Source: Gemmatimonadales bacterium (GTDB lineage: Bacteria > Gemmatimonadota > Gemmatimonadetes > Gemmatimonadales > GWC2-71-9). Taken from it: 64,000 bases of DNA. The position numbers and the translations under genes were made by a program. The notes under the pieces are model-generated. The model did no database searches. It was given only the letters and a program-made list of their open reading frames with translations, and was not told where the DNA came from. The stretch is taken from the NCBI GenBank assembly GCA_046160105.1, contig JBJXGT010000010.1, forward strand, positions 42,776 through 106,775, given 5' to 3'. Shown here one piece after another: positions 19,146 through 26,396 of this stretch (the first letter of the stretch is position 1; every line of letters starts with the position of its first letter).

Positions 19146-19984
19146 GGGACGTTGTTCAGCCGGAGGCGGAAACGCAAGCTATCGGCGGCGCCGGCCACCC
19201 GTCCGGGGCCGCTGGCCAACTCCCGATGGGTAACGGCCCGGATCGCCACGTCGAGACCCGCGGCGACCTGACCTGGCGCCCACGGCACCCCGAATCGGTC
19301 GACGGCGGCGAGCTCGAGACCGTTCGGGCCATTCAATCGGCCGGCCACGGGCTGGACCGTGGCGGCCGCCGAAACCGCCTCGACCCCAAACTGCCAGCCG
19401 GACCCGGAGAGGTAGGCCCGGGCATTGATCGTTTCGAAGAATCGGACGACCGCTCGGGTCGCCCCGGCCCGGTGAGCGGTGGCCGAGTCGAGCAGGGTCG
19501 TGAAGACGACCGCCGCTTCGCCGGTGGGACAGACCGCGGCGGCCGGCCCACTGAAAAGGGGAAGCGGCACCCAGGCGTCGATCGGCGCGGTGGAGTCGCC
19601 CGGGAGGTAGAGCAGGAGGCTGTCGCGGCTCGGATCCGGGATCCGGGCCCGATACTCGGGGTATCGGGCTAACGCGAGAGTCAGGCTGTCTCGCCCCAGC
19701 CGGCAGGCCACCAGGACGCCACGTGGCGCGCGATAGGTGACCGAGTTCGCCGCGACCAGCCGGAGGTCTTCCCCCGCCAAGGTGTCGTAGCCGATCGCGC
19801 CGAGTTCCCTTTCGAGGGCATGGGCCACGGTGGTCACGTTGGCGGTCATCCCGAGCCGTTCGCTCCGCTCCCGTCCGATGTGCTGGACCCGATTCGAGAG
19901 CTGGAAGCTCATCGTGAGGACCATCCCGCCCACGGTGATGACGAGGAGTACCTCGAGCAAAGTGAAACCGCGACGGCCGGTCAT
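19142..19984 (-). CDS. prepilin-type minor pilin (PilW-like)
   Basis: MTGRRG/FTLLEVLLVITVGGMVL prepilin cleavage/methylation motif. ATG at 19984 in an ATGA overlap with the preceding minor pilin. The 254-codon upstream extension in the track is rejected. Confidence 0.8.
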   Translation of the reverse strand: MTGRRGFTLLEVLLVITVGGMVLTMSFQLSNRVQHIGRERSERLGMTANVTTVAHALERELGAIGYDTLAGEDLRLVAANSVTYRAPRGVLVACRLGRDSLTLALARYPEYRARIPDPSRDSLLLYLPGDSTAPIDAWVPLPLFSGPAAAVCPTGEAAVVFTTLLDSATAHRAGATRAVVRFFETINARAYLSGSGWQFGVEAVSAAATVQPVAGRLNGPNGLELAAVDRFGVPWAPGQVAAGLDVAIRAVTHRELASGPGRVAGAADSLRFRLRLNNVP

Positions 19985-20349
19985 CGACAGGTCACCGCGG
20001 TGACGACCGTATCGACCATGGTTCGCCGGGCAAGGGCGGCTCGGGCTTCGATCGTGATGGTGGCCCCGACCGTGTCTCCCGTGACGATCCAGGCCAGGCC
20101 GATTCCCTCGACCGTGGTGGCGACACCGGCCGCCGGCAGGGCGCACGCCGGCGCCGCCTCGCGATAGGCGCGCTCCAGCTGAGCCGTTTGGCTTTCCACG
20201 GCGGCGACCATAGCGAGCCATCGGCGAGACATGCCAGTGACCTCCGCCGTCTGGGCGACGAGCTTGAGGAGTGCGGTGACCCCGATCGCGAAGGTGACCA
20301 CCGCGAGGAGGACCTCGATGAGGGTAAAGCCGGGGTGGCGACGTGGCAT
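19981..20349 (-). CDS. prepilin-type minor pilin (PilV-like)
   Basis: MPRRHPG/FTLIEVLLAVVTFAIGVTALL prepilin motif; 122 aa. Confidence 0.8.
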   Translation of the reverse strand: MPRRHPGFTLIEVLLAVVTFAIGVTALLKLVAQTAEVTGMSRRWLAMVAAVESQTAQLERAYREAAPACALPAAGVATTVEGIGLAWIVTGDTVGATITIEARAALARRTMVDTVVTAVTCR

Positions 20350-20457
20350 GCCCCAAGGTGGCGAGCCGACCGGCGAACCGGTTAACCAAACGTCCGCAGC
20401 GAGGACCATTTCGCCGCGGACGTCTCGATTCCCGTCCGGATCGACCCGCCGAATCGG

Positions 20458-21801
20458 TCAGGCCAGGCCGTATCGCCGGAGCTTGTAGAAGAGGGTCCGG
20501 AGGCTGATCCGGAGCAACCGAGCCGCTTCCCGCCGAGTGCCCCCGCAGGCGGCCAAGGCGCGGAGGATGATCTCCCGCTCGAAGGCTTCGACCTGGGGTT
20601 TGAGGGCGTACTCGCTGGCGCCGTTGCCGTTGGCCCGGCCCGCGCTGACCAGGACCGGGAAGTCGCTGCGGTCGAGCTTGCCCGAGGGACTCAGCACCGC
20701 GGCGCGTTCGACGACTTGGCGCAGTTCCCGGACGTTGCCTGGCCACGAGTAGCCGACCAGCGCCGACATTGCCTGGGGCGTAATGCTGATCGGCCGGGCG
20801 GTCTTCGAGGCCACCTGCTGGAGAAAGTGGGTGACCAGGGCTGGGATGTCGTCCCGACGATCCCGGAGGGCCGGCAGGTCGAGGGTGGTCATTCCGAGGC
20901 CTTTGGCGAGGTCGGGCTGGATCTTGCCGTCATTGAGCAGCCGATCGATCGCCATTTCAGTGGTCGCCATGATCCGGACGTCGTTGTCGACCACGGCGAC
21001 CGAGCCGGACTGCCGCCCGTTGCCTGGACGACCCGCGCCAAGGCGGGAGACCAGATAGGTCTGGCTTTCCCGGGTCAGGGCCTCGACTTCCTCGAGCAGA
21101 AGGGTCCCTCGGCTCGCCGACCGCCAGACGCTCTGCGGATCGGAGGGGCTCAGATTGGCCTCGCCGCCCGCGGCGGTGAAGAAATCAGGAGTCGCGGTGC
21201 AGTCGATCGCCACGAAAGCGCCGTCGCCGCGGCGGCTGAACCGGTGCATGGCCCGGGCGAGCAGCGCCTTGCCGGTGCCTCGCTCGCCGGTGATCAGGAT
21301 GGTCTGATCGCTGGCGGCGGCCCGGGCCGCGACCTCGAGGATCGAGCGCATCTTGGAATCTTCGGCCACCAGCATCGGCTCGAGACCCTTGGCGCCGATG
21401 GTGGCGCGGAGGGTGGCGACCTCGTGGCGGAGCCGTTCCCGCTCGTCGGCCTGGCGGAGGGCGAGCAACACCTCTTCGGCGATCGCCGGCTTCCTGAGAA
21501 ACCCGTCGGCGCCTTCCCGGAGGGCCGACGCGGCGGCGGCGGATTCGGTCGGACCACCGCAGACGAGCACGATCCCGGTCCCGCCGCCCGCCCGGTAGCG
21601 GCGGAGAAACGCCAGGCCACCGTCGTTGGGGAGCGCGAGATCGCAGACGACCGTCCGGATCCCACAGGCCTGCGCCTCGAGCAGGGCGGCCTCGGGATCG
21701 CGACGCGCGATCACTTCGTAGCCCACATCCTCGAGGGAGGGGGCGACGGCGTGTCGCAGCGAGTCGTCAGCGTCCAGCAGTAGTACGCGCATCGGGTTCA
21801 T
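20458..21801 (-). CDS. response regulator with a degenerate NtrC-type AAA+ domain and a Fis-type HTH
   Basis: Receiver (LLLDADD...VVCDLALP...FLRKP), AAA+ (ITGERGTGKALLARAMH...GNVRELRQVVERA) and HTH (GGTRREAARLLRISLRTLFYKLRRYG). The GAFTGA loop, the Walker B DE and the Arg finger are not conserved (see findings). Confidence 0.85.
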   Translation of the reverse strand: MNPMRVLLLDADDSLRHAVAPSLEDVGYEVIARRDPEAALLEAQACGIRTVVCDLALPNDGGLAFLRRYRAGGGTGIVLVCGGPTESAAAASALREGADGFLRKPAIAEEVLLALRQADERERLRHEVATLRATIGAKGLEPMLVAEDSKMRSILEVAARAAASDQTILITGERGTGKALLARAMHRFSRRGDGAFVAIDCTATPDFFTAAGGEANLSPSDPQSVWRSASRGTLLLEEVEALTRESQTYLVSRLGAGRPGNGRQSGSVAVVDNDVRIMATTEMAIDRLLNDGKIQPDLAKGLGMTTLDLPALRDRRDDIPALVTHFLQQVASKTARPISITPQAMSALVGYSWPGNVRELRQVVERAAVLSPSGKLDRSDFPVLVSAGRANGNGASEYALKPQVEAFEREIILRALAACGGTRREAARLLRISLRTLFYKLRRYGLA

Positions 21802-21816
21802 CCGTTTCGACGCTCG

Positions 21817-21847
21817 CGGCCGCTGGGCTGGTCAACCCGAGCGGCCG
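21817..21847 (-). terminator. GC-rich hairpin between pilA and the regulator gene (attenuator/terminator candidate; no U-tract)
   Basis: CGGCCGCTGGG-ctggtcaa-CCCgAGCGGCCG, an 11 bp stem. Confidence 0.35.
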
Positions 21848-21873
21848 AGACAAAGCCAAGGGGCGGGCTCCGG

Positions 21874-22266
21874 TCAGGAGCAGACGATTTGCCCATCAAC
21901 GGTGCTTGCCGCACCGCCTCCCACCTGGACGGTACACTCGTCGAGCGCCGAGGTGATCGTGCTGTTCGTAATGGTCGCCGTGTACCCGGAAACGGATGGC
22001 GAAATGGCCGCCGCGTTGCCGCCCGAGAACGTGTAGTTGGTCGACGACTGAAGCTGTGCCAACGTCGCGAAGGTGCCGAAATCGGCCCAGTATGCTTCCT
22101 GCGCCGTCATCACGTTGCGAAGATCGGACCGGATCGAAGCCAGCTTCGACTTGTCCTTGGTGGCCGCGAACTTCGGGATCGCGATCGTGGCGAGAATGCC
22201 GATGATCACCACGACAATGAGGAGTTCGATCAGCGTGAAGCCGGCGGTGTGTCGGTTGGTCTTCAT
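21874..22266 (-). CDS. pilA: type IVa major pilin PilA (copy 1)
   Basis: MKTNRHTAG/FTLIELLIVVVIIGILATIAIPKFAATKDK. C-terminal Cys pair (DECT...IVCS). SD AAAGGAGGG. Confidence 0.9.
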   Translation of the reverse strand: MKTNRHTAGFTLIELLIVVVIIGILATIAIPKFAATKDKSKLASIRSDLRNVMTAQEAYWADFGTFATLAQLQSSTNYTFSGGNAAAISPSVSGYTATITNSTITSALDECTVQVGGGAASTVDGQIVCS

Positions 22267-22369
22267 GGTGGTCGCCCTCCTTTCCGTCGTTGGGTTGGTA
22301 GCCAGGCGCGAAACGGGGCGGGGACTCTCGAGAGCCGAGCCACCGCCCCATCGTCGCGTCAGTTCACGC

Positions 22370-22753
22370 TTACGAGCAGACGATGACGCCGTCGAGCGTC
22401 GAAGCGGCACCCGCGCCGACCTGCGTGGTGCACTGGTCGATCGCCGAGGTGATCGTGCTGTTGGTGATCGTGACGGTGAAGCCAGACGCGGCCGGACCGA
22501 CACCAGCGGTGTTGCCCGAGGACAGCGAGAAGTTGCTCGCGGACTGGAGGTTCGCCAGCGTACCATAGGTGGCGAAGTCGGAGAAGTACGCCTCCTGCGC
22601 CGTCATGAGATTCCGGACGTCGGTCTTGACCGAAGCCAGTTTCGCCTTGTCCTTGGTCGCCGCGAACTTCGGAATCGCGATCGCCGCCAAGATGCCGATG
22701 ATCACAACCACGATCAACAGCTCGATGAGAGTGAAGCCCTTACGATTGCCCAT
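22370..22753 (-). CDS. pilA: type IVa major pilin PilA (copy 2, paralog)
   Basis: MGNRKG/FTLIELLIVVVIIGILAAIAIPKFAATKDK. C-terminal Cys pair (DQCT...IVCS). SD GGAGG. Confidence 0.9.
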   Translation of the reverse strand: MGNRKGFTLIELLIVVVIIGILAAIAIPKFAATKDKAKLASVKTDVRNLMTAQEAYFSDFATYGTLANLQSASNFSLSSGNTAGVGPAASGFTVTITNSTITSAIDQCTTQVGAGAASTLDGVIVCS

Positions 22754-22829
22754 GCTGCCTCCGAGTAGGTTAGAACCGTTTATCGTACTTGCCCGAACCA
22801 AGCGGTTTCGCTCGTCCGCCAAGGTAATG

Positions 22830-22845
22830 AGCAACGATGGTGCCA
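22830..22845 (-). promoter_or_regulatory. sigma54 (-24/-12) promoter of pilA copy 2
   Basis: The minus strand reads TGGCAC-catcg-TTGCT, an exact match to the TGGCAC-N5-TTGCW consensus, 77 nt upstream of the ATG at 22753. Confidence 0.8.
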
Positions 22846-23012
22846 GGTGTACCCATTGCGCGTAAGGCGTTGCAAATAAACGCGTTACCGTCCAACTGCA
22901 GGCCGTACTGCAGGCCCTGGTCAAGACGGGAGCCTCGGAGTTTGCAAGCGATGACGTTGGCCGGGCCTGTTTCCGAAGGGCATACTTCTGGCGAACCCCC
23001 GGCGCGGCGCCT

Positions 23013-24704
23013 ATGAGAACCCCACCCCGCGCGACCCTCGCCTCGTTCGCCCTGGCCATCCTCGGCTTCAGTGCCGCGGTGACCAGTCTGGGCAACGGGT
23101 ACACCCAGGACGACCAGCCCATCATCGAGCGGAACGACCGGGTCCATTCGCTGGCCGAGCCGGGGCGGTTCTTCGCCGAGTCTTATTGGCCGGAGCCCTA
23201 CGACCCCGCCCTGTACCGGCCGCTCGCCTCGATCGGCTACGCCATTCAATGGGTCGCGGGTGGCGGGGCCCCCCTGGTGTTCCGGCTGGTCAGCATCGCC
23301 CTCGTCGTGGCCGCTGGGATAGCCGTTTTTCGCCTTGGCCGACGGGTTCTGCCCGAGCCGGTGGCGTGGCTGATGGCCGCTGTGTTCGTGGTCCACCCCG
23401 TCCACGTGGAGGCCGTCGCGGCGGCGGTCAATCAGTCGGAGCTGGTGGTTGGCCTGATCGCCGCGGTGCTCGTCGCCGGATACCTGGATCAGCGACATCA
23501 CTCCACCGCCGGCCGCGGGTTCGTCATTCGGCTCTCCCTCCTGTTCCTCACCGCCCTCCTGTTCAAGGAGAGTGCCGCGGTCCTGGTCGGCATCGTCCTG
23601 GCCGCCGAGATCATCCTGGTTCGGGACCCGGCCCCGCTCGCGGCCCGACTCGCCCGGATCCGTCCGACCATCCTAGGCCTTCTCCTCGGGGTGGTCGTCT
23701 TCATGGCGGTCCGGGCCGCGGCCCTTGGCGGGAACCTCCTCGGGACCTTCGTCGCGGAAGGCCTGGAGAACCTCTCGCTGGGCCAGCGAGCGGTGTTGAT
23801 GCTGGGCGTGGTACCCCATTGGTTCCGGCTCCTCCTCTGGCCCGCTCATCTTCGGGCCGACTACTCGCCCCGGGAAATCGAGCCGACGGCGATCTGGGGC
23901 CCGGCCCAGTCTCAGGGTGCGGTTCTCCTCCTGATCACCCTCGCGTTGGTGTGGTACTGCTGGCGCCGGGCGCCGGTGGTGGCGTTCGGACTGGTCTGGG
24001 CGGGGATCGCGATCTTCCCGGTGAGCAACGTCCTGGTTCCGACCGGGGTGGTGCTCGCGGAGCGGACCCTGTTCTTCCCGAGCATCGGGATGATGCTGGC
24101 GATCGGCGGGGGCCTGGCGGCGCTCTGGCGCCATCCGGCCACCCGCCCAGGGTTGCGGCTGGTGGTGGCCGGCGCGGCGCTGGTCGTCATCGGGTTGGGC
24201 GCGAGCCGCAGCGCCAGTCGGTTCCGGGTCTGGCGGAACAACGAGATCTACTGGCGTCAGGCGGTGATCGACGCTCCTCGGTCCTATCGGGCCGGGCACG
24301 CCTACGCGCAGCTACTTTTCGCCACCGGTGATCGCGCCGGCGGGGAGCGCGAGTTTCGCCGCGCGGTGGCTCTCTACCCCAAAGCGTTGACCGTCTATAA
24401 CGCCAATGCCAATCGGCTCCGGCTCGCGGGGATGTGCGCCGACGCGGTGGTGTTTTATGATCGAACCCTGATCGTCGAGCCCCAGGCCGTCGCGGCCCGA
24501 AGCGGGATGATCGCCTGCTTGCTGTACGACGGCCGCTACGCCGAGGCCAGCGCGGCCGCCAAGGACGGCGGGCGGATCGCTCCTCGGCCCGGGTTGGCGA
24601 AACTGTTCAGCCGTTTTCAGCAGGTGGCCGATAGCGCAGGCGCCGTCGGAGCGCCGGCGGGCACCGTCCGGTTCAGCATCCGGGCGAGCGACACCCTTCC
24701 CTGA
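23013..24704 (+). CDS. TMTC-like polytopic membrane protein (DUF1736-type GT-C candidate) with C-terminal TPR repeats, paralog 1
   Basis: About 10 predicted TM helices. First-loop YTQDDQPIIERN and the VHPVHVEAVAAAVNQSELV motif. C-terminal TPR-like AYAQLLFATGDRAGGEREFRRAVALYP. Confidence 0.7.
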   Translation: MRTPPRATLASFALAILGFSAAVTSLGNGYTQDDQPIIERNDRVHSLAEPGRFFAESYWPEPYDPALYRPLASIGYAIQWVAGGGAPLVFRLVSIALVVAAGIAVFRLGRRVLPEPVAWLMAAVFVVHPVHVEAVAAAVNQSELVVGLIAAVLVAGYLDQRHHSTAGRGFVIRLSLLFLTALLFKESAAVLVGIVLAAEIILVRDPAPLAARLARIRPTILGLLLGVVVFMAVRAAALGGNLLGTFVAEGLENLSLGQRAVLMLGVVPHWFRLLLWPAHLRADYSPREIEPTAIWGPAQSQGAVLLLITLALVWYCWRRAPVVAFGLVWAGIAIFPVSNVLVPTGVVLAERTLFFPSIGMMLAIGGGLAALWRHPATRPGLRLVVAGAALVVIGLGASRSASRFRVWRNNEIYWRQAVIDAPRSYRAGHAYAQLLFATGDRAGGEREFRRAVALYPKALTVYNANANRLRLAGMCADAVVFYDRTLIVEPQAVAARSGMIACLLYDGRYAEASAAAKDGGRIAPRPGLAKLFSRFQQVADSAGAVGAPAGTVRFSIRASDTLP

Positions 24705-24713
24705 CGAGGCACC

Positions 24714-26396
24714 ATGCCGCGCTGGCTGCTCATCGGTTCGCTGGTATTACTGGCGGTGGGGTCGTCGATCACCAACCTCTCCAACCAGTACGCCCAGGAT
24801 GACATGGCGGTCATCCAGAAGAACCCCACCGTCCACACCTTGGCGGAGCCGTGGCGGTTCTTCACCGAGTCCTACTGGCCCAAGCCGTTCGCTCCCGAGA
24901 TGTTCCGCCCGCTCTCCACCACCGGATTCGCCGTCCAGTGGGTGATCGGCGGGGGCCGGCCCTGGGTCTACCGGGTCACCAGCATCCTGCTGTACACCGC
25001 GGCCACCCTGGCGGTCTTTCATCTGGCCGGCTTGCTGTTGCCCCCGTTGGCCGCCTGGCTGGTGGGCGCCTTCTTCGCGGTCCACCCGGTCCACGTCGAA
25101 TCGGTGGCGGTCGGGGTCAACCAGGCCGAGATCATGGTCGGGCTGCTGGCGACGTTGCTGATCATCCGGTATCTCGGCATCCGGCGCTCCGGGACGATCA
25201 CCGTCAAGGACGGCACGTCGGTATTCGGGCTCTACCTGACGGCGCTGATGTTCAAGGAGAGCGGGATCGTCCTGATCGGCCTCCTGGTGGCGGCCGAGTT
25301 GACCGTGGTCAGGAGCGATCGTTCTCTCTGGCGGCGGCTGATCGAGATTCGCCCGCTCCTGCTGGTGATGTTGCTCGGCGCCGCCACCTTCTTCGCGTTG
25401 CGGACCTTCGCGCTCGAGGGCAACGCCAGGGGGACCTACACGACCGAGGCCCTCGAAGGGCTTTCGATGGGCGGCCGCGCGATGACGATGCTCACGGTCG
25501 TGCCCCATTGGTTTCGCCTCCTGTTGTGGCCCGCCCATCTGCGCGGTGACTATGCCCCCAGGGAGATCGACACCTCGACCACCTGGGGCATCGGCCAGAC
25601 CCAGGGCGCTCTGCTGCTCGTGCTCACGGTCATGATGGCGATCGCCGCGTGGCGGAAGTCACCGGCGGTTCTTTTCGGCCTCGCCTGGACCGCGATCGGG
25701 ATCTTCCCGGTCAGCAACGTCCTGGTCCCGACCGCGATCGTGGTCGCCGAGCGGATTCTCTTCCTCCCGAGCATCGGCATGATGTTGGTCGTGGGCGGGC
25801 TGGCCGCCCCCGCGATCGACTGGCTTCGCCAGCGGCCCCGCTCGTTTCACCTGGTGGCGGGCGCCGCCGTCGGGGCGGTCCTGGTGATGGGCCTGACCCG
25901 GAGCGCGAGCCGGCAGCGGGTCTGGAAGGATCAGTTCACCTTCTGGCACCAGACCACCATCGACGCTCCGCTGTCCTACAAGGCGCACCACGCCCTGGCC
26001 TCGCTGCTGTTCCCGGTCGGGGCTCGGTCGTGGGCCGAGCGGGAGTACCGCACCGCGATCGCGCTGTATCCGCGCCGGTGGGGCGCCTACTTCGACCTCG
26101 GCAACAAGCTCCGGCTCGAAGGCCAGTGCGAGCAGGCCGTCTGGCAGTATCGGCAGGCGCTTCGGATCGAGCCGGAGCTCGAAAGCGCTCGGACCAGCGT
26201 GATCGCCTGTTTCCTCAACATGGGGCGATACGGCGACGCCGTGGCCGAATCCCGCGAGGCGATGAGCTACGCGACCCGACCGGCTCGGCTGATGCTCTTT
26301 CAGCGGCTTCTGGTGATCTCCGACAGCGCCGCCCGCGCCAAGGCGGCACCCGGCACGGTCCGGATTTCCATCGCGGCGCGCGACACGACCCCGTGA
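24714..26396 (+). CDS. TMTC-like polytopic membrane protein with C-terminal TPR repeats, paralog 2
   Basis: Collinear with paralog 1: YAQDDMAVIQKN, VHPVHVESVAVGVNQAEIM, PHWFRLLLWPAHLRGDYAPREI. Confidence 0.7.
   Translation: MPRWLLIGSLVLLAVGSSITNLSNQYAQDDMAVIQKNPTVHTLAEPWRFFTESYWPKPFAPEMFRPLSTTGFAVQWVIGGGRPWVYRVTSILLYTAATLAVFHLAGLLLPPLAAWLVGAFFAVHPVHVESVAVGVNQAEIMVGLLATLLIIRYLGIRRSGTITVKDGTSVFGLYLTALMFKESGIVLIGLLVAAELTVVRSDRSLWRRLIEIRPLLLVMLLGAATFFALRTFALEGNARGTYTTEALEGLSMGGRAMTMLTVVPHWFRLLLWPAHLRGDYAPREIDTSTTWGIGQTQGALLLVLTVMMAIAAWRKSPAVLFGLAWTAIGIFPVSNVLVPTAIVVAERILFLPSIGMMLVVGGLAAPAIDWLRQRPRSFHLVAGAAVGAVLVMGLTRSASRQRVWKDQFTFWHQTTIDAPLSYKAHHALASLLFPVGARSWAEREYRTAIALYPRRWGAYFDLGNKLRLEGQCEQAVWQYRQALRIEPELESARTSVIACFLNMGRYGDAVAESREAMSYATRPARLMLFQRLLVISDSAARAKAAPGTVRISIAARDTTP

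Noticed and set aside
22846-22862. Plus-strand sigma54-like match aGGtgtacccattGCg facing the first TMTC-like gene.
   Set aside because: Only the GG-N10-GC spacing fits. The flanking bases (AGGTGT / TTGCG) are poor, and it overlaps the strong minus-strand pilA promoter, so it is probably coincidental.
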